Notes: generated by a model not told the origin, from the letters alone. A DNA stretch of 64,000 bases from an uncultured Saprospiraceae bacterium (GCA_964015035.1 CAXHCA010000005.1:15645-79644), one strand, 5' to 3'. Positions 1-9,941 are shown, numbered from the stretch's first letter. Program-made: numbers and translations.

Positions 1-897
1 GTGAAAAAGTTTTTTGCAAAAATCCCGGTGGATAGTTTGCCTTATTTTAGCTCGGAGGTAGAAGTTGGGGAAATCGTGTACAAACCCAAAGTGAATGACG
101 AGGAACGGCAAAAGGCGGTGACTAAGCTAGAGGATATCCGGCGGCAAATTTTGGAAGAGGGTGCCTCTTTTGAGGAATTGGCTAAGAAATTTTCTCAGGA
201 TGGTTCCGCCAGAATTGGCGGTGACCTGGGCTGGGCCAAACGGGGGAAATTTGTACCTGAATTTGAGGCGGCGGCCTACAAACTTGACAAGGATGAAATC
301 TCTCCGGTGGTAGAAACTGAGTTTGGTTTTCACCTGATTCAAATGTTGGAGCGCCGGGGTAATTCCATCCACACGCGCCACATTCTCGTTCGTCCGGAGA
401 TTACGGACAATGACTTGGAATTGGCCCGCATGCACCTCGATTCCGTGCGCATGTTGATCGAGTCTGATTCCATTACCTTTTCGCAGGCAGTAAAGATCTA
501 TTCTGATAAAGATGCCCAGAGTTACAACAACGACGGCCGCATTGTCAATCCGAATACCGGCAATACCTTCTTCGAAATCGGCGACTTGGACGCGGATGTT
601 TATTTCGCGGTAGACACACTGCAGATTAATGAAGTATCTGCCCCCTTTGAATTCAATACGCCTACGGGCGAATCTCATTTCCGGATTGTGCAACTTCAGT
701 CGCGCACCGATCCGCATAAAGCCAATCTTAAGCAAGATTATTCTAAGATTCAACAGGCCGCTATCCAGGCCAAGCAAAGCGAATTTGTTGAAGAGTGGGT
801 CCTGCAAAAAATCGATGCCACCTTCATCGCGCTGGACCGTCTGTACGACGATTGCCCCGGTCTCGAAGCTTGGCAACAGCGGCGGCTTCGCCCCTAA
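1..897 (+). CDS. Peptidyl-prolyl cis-trans isomerase, parvulin/SurA-like (probably 5'-partial, gene continues left of window)
   Basis: ORF is open at the window edge. Parvulin PPIase region present (GDLGWAKRGKFVPEFEAAAYKL...GFHLIQM). A weak hairpin plus T-run follows at ~935-951. Confidence 0.8.
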   Translation: MKKFFAKIPVDSLPYFSSEVEVGEIVYKPKVNDEERQKAVTKLEDIRRQILEEGASFEELAKKFSQDGSARIGGDLGWAKRGKFVPEFEAAAYKLDKDEISPVVETEFGFHLIQMLERRGNSIHTRHILVRPEITDNDLELARMHLDSVRMLIESDSITFSQAVKIYSDKDAQSYNNDGRIVNPNTGNTFFEIGDLDADVYFAVDTLQINEVSAPFEFNTPTGESHFRIVQLQSRTDPHKANLKQDYSKIQQAAIQAKQSEFVEEWVLQKIDATFIALDRLYDDCPGLEAWQQRRLRP

Positions 898-1103
898 TCA
901 TACCGGCTGAAATTGAAGACAAAATCCTCAAACGGGCGGCTTCGCCTTTTTGGGGATTTTTTTTATTTTGGGGAACGTAAAGAAATTTGATTGCCTTTCC
1001 GATAAGGAAATTAACTCAAGAGCTCAACAGTACCTAATTCCGAAAGCAATGAAAGCCTTAAAAATGATCAAGGCAGAACGAGAGAAAGTCCATAAACCTT
1101 AAG

Positions 1104-1484
1104 ATGACGATGCCCCATGTCCGTGTAAAAATCACAAGGTCAGATCTCCACTCCTGGTTCAAAAGACAAAAATTCAAAGTCGCTGATTTTGAAAAGGGCC
1201 ACCAGTACATCACCACCCGGTGGAAGGAACAGCCCATTCGCTTCAAGCTGACTCAACGTGATGGGTTTGATACTTTTTACAAAGAAGCTTTTGGCGGATC
1301 ATTGGTGGTATTTGAAGTTTCCCTAAAGGGAAAGGAGCTGAGTTATCACGGCTATTGCCCAATCTGGTTGTTTGGAATATGGACGCTAAAGTGGTCGTTT
1401 AAAAAGGAGGCCGGGCGATTGTTCAAATATCGCGAAGAAGGAGCATTGGAGGAGAAGCGGTTCCTGCAATTTTTGGCCCGTTGA
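1104..1484 (+). CDS. Hypothetical protein (126 aa)
   Basis: Only an intact ORF in an otherwise empty interval. No recognisable motif. Confidence 0.35.
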   Translation: MTMPHVRVKITRSDLHSWFKRQKFKVADFEKGHQYITTRWKEQPIRFKLTQRDGFDTFYKEAFGGSLVVFEVSLKGKELSYHGYCPIWLFGIWTLKWSFKKEAGRLFKYREEGALEEKRFLQFLAR

Positions 1485-1604
1485 AGCGAGCAGTAAATGA
1501 CGGAGTTATCCAATGTACAAGTCAGCCTGGAAATCCAAAAAAAATCAGGGCATACCCAACGGATATACCCTAATGATTTCTTTGCTAATGAGATGACAAC
1601 TGTC

Positions 1605-2171
1605 TTAGTTCACAAAGCGGTACCCAACGGCCAAACGGCCGATAAAATCAAAGTTAACCAGTGGAATGTCTGCTACATCTTCAGAGAAACCGTCATTGGT
1701 TTTGATGTTGTCAGTAATGGATCTTCCCAATCCAAAACCTATTTCAAAAACGACGTTTTTCCTGGAGACCCATTTGTAGCCAGTCAACAGACCTACCGCC
1801 AATCTGGTGCGGGTAAAGCTGTCAGAGTCATCGCCATTTTCAACGGTGTATTTGCCCCCTCTGAAACGGAGGTAGGCACCAGCATAGAAGCGGTCGGCAC
1901 CATCTCTAGGTCCAAAGTAGTACTTACCGGCACCCATCAAACCGGTGCTAAAGGTTTTGTACTTGTCACCATCTCCCAAGTCGAGGCTCAAGAAGTCGAT
2001 AAAAGGGCTTCCCTCCACACCGAAATCATCGCTGACGACAAATTCTACATTGGCAGATACTCTGGAAAATAGCAAACCTACGGGGTTAATTTTTACTTCT
2101 ATTTGTGCAGTGGCCACTTGGGTGAAAATTGCGGTAAACAAGAGCGCGAAAAAAATTGATTTGGTTTTCAT
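1605..2171 (-). CDS. Outer-membrane beta-barrel (porin-like) protein
   Basis: Signal peptide MKTKSIFFALLFTAIFTQVATAQ (start moved to the internal Met at 2171). Alternating beta-strand pattern with a Gly/aromatic-rich C-terminal strand. Confidence 0.7.
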   Translation of the reverse strand: MKTKSIFFALLFTAIFTQVATAQIEVKINPVGLLFSRVSANVEFVVSDDFGVEGSPFIDFLSLDLGDGDKYKTFSTGLMGAGKYYFGPRDGADRFYAGAYLRFRGGKYTVENGDDSDSFTRTRLAVGLLTGYKWVSRKNVVFEIGFGLGRSITDNIKTNDGFSEDVADIPLVNFDFIGRLAVGYRFVN

Positions 2172-2364
2172 AAAATAGAGTTTAGGTAAAGAAATATGGT
2201 CTTCATACAAGAGCTGAATTATTCTAATAAATAGATATCATCAGACTCTCTATGGTTAGTACCTACAAAGAAAAGGGTGCCCCTAAAAAGGTCCAAATTA
2301 TTAACTTATTTGTAACTAAAACATGGCGAACTTAACAAAATAATCACATATTTGATGGCTTTTA

Positions 2365-2384
2365 GTGCATGTATGGAGGTAGTC
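2365..2384 (+). repeat. Solo terminal-inverted-repeat copy of MITE family A, abutting the pepP stop codon
   Basis: gtgcatgtatggaggtagtc matches the left end of the MITEs at 33728 and 41401 (gtgcatgtttggaggtagtc) at 19 of 20 positions by eye. No MITE body follows. Confidence 0.5.
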
Positions 2385-3689
2385 TCAACTGAGCACGCTG
2401 GTATTCATCAATTCTTCTATCTCTTCCACCTCAACAGGAATGTGTTTCATCAAATCAATAGGGTCGGTATCGGTCACCAGAATATCGTTTTCCAGGCGGA
2501 TGCCGATGTTTTCCTGGGGCACATAAATCCCCGGTTCGCAAGTAAAGACCATACCCGCTAAAATTGGATCATACCGGTTGGACAGGTCGTGCACATCCAG
2601 CCCTAAATGATGGGAGGTGCCGTGCATGAAGTATTTTTTGTAAGCGGGATAAGCCGGATCCTGATTTTTGATATCCGTTTTGGTGATTAGTTTAAGGTTG
2701 ACTAGCTCTGCTTCCATCATCTTGCCCACCTCGCGGTGGTACTCTTCGATGGTATTGCCGGGTACCAGCATGGCTTGCGCCCCTCTCATTACACGTAATA
2801 CCGCTTCATACACCTCGCGTTGGCGTGGGGTAAACTGTCCACTTACGGGAATGGTACGGGTCATATCGGAGGCATAATTGGCGTATTCTGCCCCAAAATC
2901 GAGCAACAGCAAATCTCCCTCATGGCAAGGTTGGTCGTTTTGGCTATAGTGCAACACGCAGGCATTCTTCCCACTGGCAATAATGGGATGGTAGGCATGC
3001 CCATTGGCCCGATTGCGAATAAATTCGTGGGTAATCTCGGCCTCTATTTCAAATTCCATACGCCCGGGCTGCACAAACTCCAACACCCGATGAAAGGCCT
3101 TGCCGGTAATCGTAATGGCGTGTTTGATGATTTCTACCTCATAGGGCGATTTGATCATCATCAATTTTTTCAAGATCGGTTGGGCGCGGTGGTATTTATG
3201 TGCGGGGTATTGGTCCATTAATTTGCGCGTTTCCCGTAGGTCGCGGGAAGGCACATCGGAGTGAAAGCGGTCGTTTTCGTTGAGGTTAACGTAGACCCGC
3301 TTTGCCAGGAGGATGAGTTCGCGCAGGATGTTTTCCATTTCATCCAGCCAATAAATGCGCTCAATGCCCGATATTCGACGAGCTTCTTCTTTGGTGTATT
3401 TGTGGCCTTCCCAAGTAGCCAAATAGTCATTGGTGCGCTGGATAAAGGCCACTTCTTGAAATCCCTCCTTAATACAATCGGGAAACAGCACCACGATCGT
3501 TTCCGGCTGGTCCAATCCACTGAGGTAGAAGAGTCCGGAATTTTGACGAAAGTCATAAAACGTATCTCCATTGCGGGGCATCAAATCATTGGAATGAAAA
3601 ATGGCAATAGAGTCAGAAGTCATTTTGCGCGCAAAGCGCTTGCGGTTGAGTTTAAAAAGTTCGGAGCTTAGCGGTTCGTATTTCATCAT
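2385..3689 (-). CDS. pepP: Xaa-Pro aminopeptidase (M24B family)
   Basis: 434 aa. M24 metal-ligand blocks DFGAEYANYASDMTRT, HGTSHHLGLDVHD and EPGIY, with an N-terminal AMP_N-type domain. Confidence 0.85.
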   Translation of the reverse strand: MMKYEPLSSELFKLNRKRFARKMTSDSIAIFHSNDLMPRNGDTFYDFRQNSGLFYLSGLDQPETIVVLFPDCIKEGFQEVAFIQRTNDYLATWEGHKYTKEEARRISGIERIYWLDEMENILRELILLAKRVYVNLNENDRFHSDVPSRDLRETRKLMDQYPAHKYHRAQPILKKLMMIKSPYEVEIIKHAITITGKAFHRVLEFVQPGRMEFEIEAEITHEFIRNRANGHAYHPIIASGKNACVLHYSQNDQPCHEGDLLLLDFGAEYANYASDMTRTIPVSGQFTPRQREVYEAVLRVMRGAQAMLVPGNTIEEYHREVGKMMEAELVNLKLITKTDIKNQDPAYPAYKKYFMHGTSHHLGLDVHDLSNRYDPILAGMVFTCEPGIYVPQENIGIRLENDILVTDTDPIDLMKHIPVEVEEIEELMNTSVLS

Positions 3690-3808
3690 TCTAACTTTTT
3701 CTTATGTTCATGGATATCAATTTCTATTATTTCTGCCAGTAAAAATCAGGGGAAGCCACCCACAGGCAGACTTCCCCCTTTATTTTTGCAGATGATAACA
3801 GACGTAAT

Positions 3809-4195
3809 TTACAATTTCTGGTCTATTTCTTGCAATTCTTCTTCATCATATTCTCCAAACCAGGATTTCAACTGCTGCCGGGCAGTAGTCCTCACTTCTT
3901 TGTCGATATAGGCAGAAATGGTCACCAAGCCGAAACTCAGGACACCGATATCATCGGTATATCCCAGAATCGGACTGAGGTCCGGAATTGCGTCGAAAGG
4001 GGTCAGGAAGTATCCTAAGGTTCCCAGGACGATATTCTTGGCCCAAGTCGGCGTTTCTTTCCGCCGATAGGCATAAAACAGCAGCAGGACCATATACACC
4101 ACCTTCAGGCCTGCCTGGCGGGCGTATTGGCTTAGTTTTTGCCATAGTTTGCCTTCCGAAAAACGGCTGGTATATTGCTTTATTTTATCGAACAT
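3809..4195 (-). CDS. YkvA/DUF1232 family membrane protein
   Basis: 128 aa with pattern PFDAIPDLSPILGYTDD and two hydrophobic segments. Confidence 0.7.
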   Translation of the reverse strand: MFDKIKQYTSRFSEGKLWQKLSQYARQAGLKVVYMVLLLFYAYRRKETPTWAKNIVLGTLGYFLTPFDAIPDLSPILGYTDDIGVLSFGLVTISAYIDKEVRTTARQQLKSWFGEYDEEELQEIDQKL

Positions 4196-4307
4196 TAGTT
4201 TCTATTGTGTTTCAAAAATAATCGATTTCTTCACTTACCCAAGCATTCCTCACCTTATTTAACAGCTTTAGACGATAAAATACTGACTTGGGCACTTCAA
4301 TTTCCGA

Positions 4308-5303
4308 TCAACGCTGCCAATTATTCGTCAAAAGTTCCGCCACAGCACCCGCTACTTCCAGCCCGGCATTACGCCCGGTGCCCGCAAAAATGAGGACCTC
4401 TCCCGCATATAATTTCACATCTACGGTAGATTGCATGCTCTCATTCACTTTACCGGTCATATTTCCCGAAAGGGGAGAAACCAATTCGCCGCCTCCTTCC
4501 TGATGCGCAATGATTTCCAATCGATGCTTTCGGTCTTTAAACCCAAGTAATACTGTTTTGTCTTCCATTTTGGCGTACCTTTTTGCGCCGGTATAGGTAG
4601 CAAAGCGATAGAGTTGATCACCGTATAAAAAACCGACAATACAGCCGATGAAATGACTGCCGATCCACGGAATATTGGCCACCGAAGCCATCAATGAAAC
4701 GGGCCGATCGGCATCGAAATGGTTGGTTTGGGTCCAAATCCAGGAACTGGGAAAGGAGTGCCCCCAATCTTTTTCGATATAGCCTTTACCACCGGTAAAA
4801 TCAACTATTTGGCCATGTACTTCCAGGCTTCCTTGCAATTCATGGTGCACACTCACTACGCCGTGATAACACTCCATAAAGGGCACAAAAGAGTACCAGC
4901 CCATGATCCCCGGAGCGCCCCACATCTTGGGCCAGGGATGTGGATTTTTAATTTTCAAATGCCCTTTCAACTCCGGTAATTGCAGCTGCAAATCAGTCGC
5001 AGAAAAGTGGTTGCTCGCCAGATCAACCGCAAAATATTGGTCCGAAGGCTGAAAATCGGCCACCTTAAAATTGTGGTAGCTCGCTTTAGATTTTTTGCCG
5101 TCCAGAACTTGAATAAAGGAATGATGCTGACCATCCAGTCCACGGGAAAGGCCGGGAATAACGGCAAAAACATACTGCTCGGTAGGATCGACGATTTTGA
5201 AATACCAACCTTCAAAGTAGTTTTGGGTTTTCCCCCAACCGTGAAACATATCGGGGTTCCAGAGGGCGCGCCAGCGACGTTGTAAGTCTTGGATATTGGG
5301 CAA
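4308..5303 (-). CDS. Tocopherol-cyclase-like family protein
   Basis: The N-terminal FEGWYFK block and overall length resemble the tocopherol cyclase family. Assignment is from recollection only. Confidence 0.55.
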   Translation of the reverse strand: MPNIQDLQRRWRALWNPDMFHGWGKTQNYFEGWYFKIVDPTEQYVFAVIPGLSRGLDGQHHSFIQVLDGKKSKASYHNFKVADFQPSDQYFAVDLASNHFSATDLQLQLPELKGHLKIKNPHPWPKMWGAPGIMGWYSFVPFMECYHGVVSVHHELQGSLEVHGQIVDFTGGKGYIEKDWGHSFPSSWIWTQTNHFDADRPVSLMASVANIPWIGSHFIGCIVGFLYGDQLYRFATYTGAKRYAKMEDKTVLLGFKDRKHRLEIIAHQEGGGELVSPLSGNMTGKVNESMQSTVDVKLYAGEVLIFAGTGRNAGLEVAGAVAELLTNNWQR

Positions 5304-5365
5304 AACGAGGTGGATTTAGTGGCTTGAAATATATTGTTCTTTGGGCGCCGCGCTATTGGAGATGT

Positions 5366-7231
5366 TTATCTCCCCATGTGTACCAACAACACTGAAATAT
5401 CTGCCGGAGAAACGCCACTAATGCGACTAGCCTGCCCGATAGTACGCGGCTTGATGCGGGCCAGTTTTTCACGGGCTTCTTTCGACAGCGACACCAACTG
5501 TTGATAGTCAAAATCTGAATGTAGGTTGACCTCTTCCAAGCGGTTCATCTTGTCTACCATTTCCTGTTCTTTCTGGATGTACCCTTCGTATTTGAGGTTA
5601 ATTTCGGCCAATTCCAGGAATTCTTGATCATAGGCCTCGAGGAATTGATCCAATTCCGGCAATGCGGACCGCAAATCAGCAAGTCCGATATGCGGGCGCA
5701 GCAATACTCCTTTTAACTTCACCTTTTGTTTGAGGGGAGAAGAATTTTTACTAGCCAAAAAGCCATTCAAATCATCTGGCCCCACGCTATAGTCTTCCAA
5801 AAACCGCTCTACCGCTTTGGCTGCAGCTACTTTGCTGTTGACCCGCTCAATCCGCTCTTCCATGCCGCGAATGCCTAGTGCATGGGCCAGTGGAGTGAGG
5901 CGCGTATCGGCATTATCCTGACGTAGCAGGATGCGGTATTCTGCCCGAGAAGTAAACATGCGGTATGGCTCCTTAGTGCCTTTATTCACCAAATCATCGA
6001 TCAATACACCGATGTAGGCTTCGGAGCGTTTTAGGATAAATGGCGCTTCCTCTTTCACCGAAAGGTGTGCATTAATGCCCGCCATCAGCCCCTGACAAGC
6101 CGCCTCCTCGTAGCCGGTGGTCCCGTTGATTTGTCCGGCAAAAAACAGTCCTTTCACCAAGTGTGTTTCCAGGGAAAGCTGCAATTGCGTAGGTGGAAAA
6201 AAGTCATATTCGATGGCATACCCCGGGCGGAACATTTTCATGTTTTCAAACCCCGGCACCTGACGTAATGCCTTATATTGGACATCTTCAGGAAGGGAAG
6301 AAGAAAAGCCGTTGACATAGATTTCGCAAGTATTCCAACCTTCTGGTTCAACAAACAACTGGTGGCGATCCCGATCCGCAAAACGGTCGATTTTATCTTC
6401 AATAGAAGGGCAATAACGAGGGCCTAATCCACGAATGCGGCCGTTAAACATCGGCGAACGATCAAAGCCCGTGCGCAATAAGTCGTGTACCTCCGGATTG
6501 GTATACACGATGTGGCAAGGCAATTGACGTTTTAGTTTTGGTGTATCCGTATAGGAAAATTTACTTGGATTTTCGTCGCCCAATTGGACCTCCATCACAT
6601 CCCAATTCAAGGTACGGCCATCCACACGGGGCGGCGTACCCGTCTTCATACGACCGGATTCAAAACCTAGTTCAACCAATTGCTCGGTGATGCCTTTTGC
6701 CGCCTTTTCACCAGCGCGACCACCTCCAAATTGCTTCTCGCCAATGTGGATCAGCCCGTTGAGGAAGGTCCCGTTGGTCAATACGACGGCCTTTCCTTCA
6801 ATGTTCAAACCCATACCGGTGCGTACTCCTTTCGCTCGACCGTCTTTGACTACAATTCCGGTAATCATCTCCTGCCAGAAGTCGATATTGGGGTGGGCTT
6901 CTAACATTTCGCGCCACTTGGCGGCAAACAACATCCGGTCGCTCTGTGCCCGTGGACTCCACATCGCCGGCCCTTTCGACAGATTGAGCATGCGAAACTG
7001 CAACATGGTATGATCTGTTACGATCCCGGAATATCCGCCCAATGCATCCACTTCGCGTACGATCTGCCCCTTGGCCACCCCTCCCATCGCCGGATTACAA
7101 GACATCTGCGCGATGGTGTTCATATTCATGGTCGCCAATAATACCTTGGATCCCATATTCGCTGCCGCCACTGCTGCCTCACATCCGGCATGACCGGCAC
7201 CCACCACTATGACATCGTATGTTGGAAACAT
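5366..7231 (-). CDS. mnmG: tRNA uridine 5-carboxymethylaminomethyl modification enzyme MnmG (GidA)
   Basis: 621 aa. FAD motif VIVVGAGHAGCEAA at the N-terminus. Collinear with MnmG through the C-terminal GQASRISGVSPADI block. Confidence 0.97.
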   Translation of the reverse strand: MFPTYDVIVVGAGHAGCEAAVAAANMGSKVLLATMNMNTIAQMSCNPAMGGVAKGQIVREVDALGGYSGIVTDHTMLQFRMLNLSKGPAMWSPRAQSDRMLFAAKWREMLEAHPNIDFWQEMITGIVVKDGRAKGVRTGMGLNIEGKAVVLTNGTFLNGLIHIGEKQFGGGRAGEKAAKGITEQLVELGFESGRMKTGTPPRVDGRTLNWDVMEVQLGDENPSKFSYTDTPKLKRQLPCHIVYTNPEVHDLLRTGFDRSPMFNGRIRGLGPRYCPSIEDKIDRFADRDRHQLFVEPEGWNTCEIYVNGFSSSLPEDVQYKALRQVPGFENMKMFRPGYAIEYDFFPPTQLQLSLETHLVKGLFFAGQINGTTGYEEAACQGLMAGINAHLSVKEEAPFILKRSEAYIGVLIDDLVNKGTKEPYRMFTSRAEYRILLRQDNADTRLTPLAHALGIRGMEERIERVNSKVAAAKAVERFLEDYSVGPDDLNGFLASKNSSPLKQKVKLKGVLLRPHIGLADLRSALPELDQFLEAYDQEFLELAEINLKYEGYIQKEQEMVDKMNRLEEVNLHSDFDYQQLVSLSKEAREKLARIKPRTIGQASRISGVSPADISVLLVHMGR

Positions 7232-7721
7232 ATTATCTTACCTATTTTATTTCGTTGACCACTTTCGCCGTCAAAGAAGGTTGATTCTCAATAAAAAGAG
7301 TGCAAAATTACGCTTTTTCTCTATTAATTGCTTGAATTTCTAGTCATTAACAATGAGCGAGCGGCTGAGGTTCCCAATGGGGTTTGTGCCCGCGAAGACC
7401 GTATTGATTCTGAGAAGGTGCCTCGTGGCGACCAAAATTTTTTCCCCCTCCTGTAAATCCTGTCCAAAAAAGCAGCCGCCTAAAGACACAAGGCATCACC
7501 TGATCGGCCCTGATTTTCCCCGTGGCGGGACTCGTGTGTAGTTCATAAAATACCGGGTTGGAAACCCTCCAATCGTATGGGGGGCGAAGTTGAAAACATT
7601 CGATCATCGGTGGCTTGATCATCGGTTCTGGAAATTTAAAACCACTTGTTTGCAAACTAAAATAAATCGCCCGAACATCTTCCCTCCGAAATTAGTAAAT
7701 TTGTCACTTAATAAGAATACT

Positions 7722-9140
7722 ATGCGCCAATTACTGGAAACAGAGCAAAAAGCGCTCGAGATCAACCTTGATGACGGCATCTACGGCACCTTTGCCGAAA
7801 TCGGTGCGGGGCAGGAAGTCGCCCGTTATTTTTTTCAGGTAGGAGCCGCGGCAGGCACCATTGCAAAAACCATGTCCGCTTACGACAAGGTTTATTCCGA
7901 CCACATCTATGGCCCCGAACCCAGTGGCCGTTATGTTTGTGAATCGCGGCTCTACAAGATGCTCGACCACGAATACGAATTGATGCACTCCCGCCTACAA
8001 AATGAACGGCTGGATACCAATTTTTTTGTTTTTGCCGATACAGTATCGGCCATCAATTACCAACGGACCATCAAAGGCAACGGCTGGCTAGGCATCCGCT
8101 TTCAACTTGATCCGGATGGAGAAGCGAATGACATCGTATTGCATGTGCGAATGCTAGACAACGACAACCAGTTGCAACAGCAAGCCATTGGTATTTTGGG
8201 CGTCAACATGATCTATGGTTGCTTCCACTACAATCAAGACCTAGAGGTTTTTGTACAATCCCTGATGGATAGCCTGCGCGGACGGGTGAAAATCGATATG
8301 ATCCGGATCACTGGACCGGATTTTGAACACATTGACAACCGATTGCTGAGTTTGTGGTTGGTCAAACATCGTCTGACAGAAGTGGCGATGTTTGGACCGG
8401 ATGGCCGCAATCTGCATGCCTCAGAATTCTTGTACAAACGCAATGTGCTGGTGGTTCGAGGCAGCTACCGCCCGGTGACATTGGTCAACCAAGACATGAT
8501 CAAAACCAGCTACCAGCAATTTCGCAACGAGCCGGATGTAGATGCCAAAAAGACCTTTTTGCTCACCGAGATTACGATGGACAACCTGCGTATGGAAGGC
8601 GAACTGGACGAGCGCGATTTCCTCGACCGGGCCGAATTGCTCAATACTCTGGGACATACTGTGGTGATCTCCGATTGTGAGCAACATCAGAAATTGATCG
8701 GTTATCTGTCGGATTACCGGGTGCAGCAATTGGGACTGGTCGTCGGCGTGCGGCCCCTATTGGACATGATCAATGCGAAATACTTCGAAAACATGGACGG
8801 CCGGTTATTGGCTGCCTTTGGGGAACTGTTTACCCGCAATGTCAAGTTGTATGTCTATCCTGCCATGCAGGAAGGTAGTGCCGAACTGATGACGGCTCAA
8901 AACCTACCTATTCCCGAAGGCGTGAAATTTTTGTACCGCCACCTACTCGACAATCGGCAGATTGTGGACGTAGAGGATTTTAATGCAGATCAACTACACA
9001 TCTTCTCCAAGCAAGTGCTGGCCATGTTGCGCAACGGAGAAAGTGATTGGGAGAACATGGTGCCTCCTAAAGTGGCCAAATTGATTAAGGAAAAATACCT
9101 CTTTGGTTATCCGTGCGAAATACTGGAGTTTGAATACTAA
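7722..9140 (+). CDS. Conserved hypothetical protein (about 472 aa)
   Basis: Long ORF. Start moved to the Met at 7722 (MRQLLETEQ) because the upstream 44 codons run into repeat-like non-coding sequence. The block GTFAEIGAGQEVARYFF is recalled from uncharacterised Bacteroidetes proteins. Confidence 0.7.
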   Translation: MRQLLETEQKALEINLDDGIYGTFAEIGAGQEVARYFFQVGAAAGTIAKTMSAYDKVYSDHIYGPEPSGRYVCESRLYKMLDHEYELMHSRLQNERLDTNFFVFADTVSAINYQRTIKGNGWLGIRFQLDPDGEANDIVLHVRMLDNDNQLQQQAIGILGVNMIYGCFHYNQDLEVFVQSLMDSLRGRVKIDMIRITGPDFEHIDNRLLSLWLVKHRLTEVAMFGPDGRNLHASEFLYKRNVLVVRGSYRPVTLVNQDMIKTSYQQFRNEPDVDAKKTFLLTEITMDNLRMEGELDERDFLDRAELLNTLGHTVVISDCEQHQKLIGYLSDYRVQQLGLVVGVRPLLDMINAKYFENMDGRLLAAFGELFTRNVKLYVYPAMQEGSAELMTAQNLPIPEGVKFLYRHLLDNRQIVDVEDFNADQLHIFSKQVLAMLRNGESDWENMVPPKVAKLIKEKYLFGYPCEILEFEY

Positions 9141-9149
9141 AATATCCCT

Positions 9150-9941
9150 ATGAAATATCTTATGCTTTGTCTGGCGTTGATCACCATCGCCTGTGGTAAT
9201 TCGGAGCAGGCGACAGCCCGGCAAGAAGTTGAACAAACACCATCCACTGCCGAAAAGGCGGAAGCCATTGCCATCGACAGTAGTTTCACCATTGACTATA
9301 TCACTGGTCATTTTGATCCGGCTACGCATCCGGATTTTACGCGTATTGAAGACCAGTACACGGATAAAAAGGGGGTGTATTTAAGGAAAGACACCTACGA
9401 GGCCTTTTTGAAGATGTACGCTGCCGCGAAAAAAGACGGCGTCAGGCTTTTAATCCGCTCCGCTACCCGCAATTTTGATTACCAAAAACGCATTTGGGAA
9501 TCGAAATGGGAAGGCAAACAGCAACTTGAAGCCGGTGAAACAGCCCCCAATGCCTACCCTGACCCAAAAGAGCGGGCACTGGCTATCTTGCGGTACAGCT
9601 CCATGCCCGGCACCTCCCGACACCACTGGGGGACGGATATGGATTTGAATGCCTTTAGCAATGCCTACTTTGAAAAAGGAGAAGGCAAAAAGATTTACGA
9701 CTGGCTGACTGCCCATGCGGCTGAATATGGGTTTTGCCAACCTTATAGCGCGGGGCGCCCGTATGGCTACAACGAAGAGCGCTGGCACTGGTCGTACCTG
9801 CCGGTAGCCAAACAACTAACCTATCTGGCTAAAACCCAGCTCAAAGACGAAAACATCAAGGGCTTCAAAGGAGACGAAGCGGCAACGGACATTGGCGTGG
9901 TGGAAAAGTATGTACTGGGCATTAATGAAGCTTGTTTGTGA
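9150..9941 (+). CDS. M15 family D-alanyl-D-alanine carboxypeptidase-like metallopeptidase (lipoprotein)
   Basis: Lipobox LITIAC-G. Zn-ligand blocks SRHHWGTDMDLN and ERWHWSY typical of VanY/LdcB-type M15 enzymes. Confidence 0.8.
   Translation: MKYLMLCLALITIACGNSEQATARQEVEQTPSTAEKAEAIAIDSSFTIDYITGHFDPATHPDFTRIEDQYTDKKGVYLRKDTYEAFLKMYAAAKKDGVRLLIRSATRNFDYQKRIWESKWEGKQQLEAGETAPNAYPDPKERALAILRYSSMPGTSRHHWGTDMDLNAFSNAYFEKGEGKKIYDWLTAHAAEYGFCQPYSAGRPYGYNEERWHWSYLPVAKQLTYLAKTQLKDENIKGFKGDEAATDIGVVEKYVLGINEACL

Noticed and set aside
127-876. 249-aa minus-strand ORF
   Set aside because: It is entirely antisense to the PPIase gene, which has clear parvulin motifs. The antisense translation is low-complexity with no motif.
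881-946. 12-nt exact direct repeat ggcggcttcgcc (881-892 inside the PPIase 3' end and 935-946 in the downstream hairpin)
   Set aside because: It is short, has only two copies, and the second copy is simply the weak terminator hairpin. Probably coincidental or local slippage.
1497-2072. 191-aa plus-strand ORF overlapping the OMP gene
   Set aside because: The minus-strand ORF has a signal peptide and a beta-barrel pattern. The plus-strand product has neither a start context nor a recognisable motif.
7590-7721. N-terminal extensions proposed by the ORF track (also 44305-44436, 37521-37688, 58891-59097, 11239-11328, 26652-26738)
   Set aside because: In each case an internal Met/GTG gives a proper signal peptide or the conserved family N-terminus. 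The upstream codons run through repeats, AT-rich promoter-like DNA or the preceding gene.
7232-7721. Checked the long gap for RNase P RNA, tmRNA and SRP RNA
   Set aside because: None of the universally conserved blocks is present on either strand (GGAAAGUCC / ACAGAA for RNase P; the tRNA-like ...GGUUCGA.UCC...CCACCA end for tmRNA; the SRP domain IV motif).
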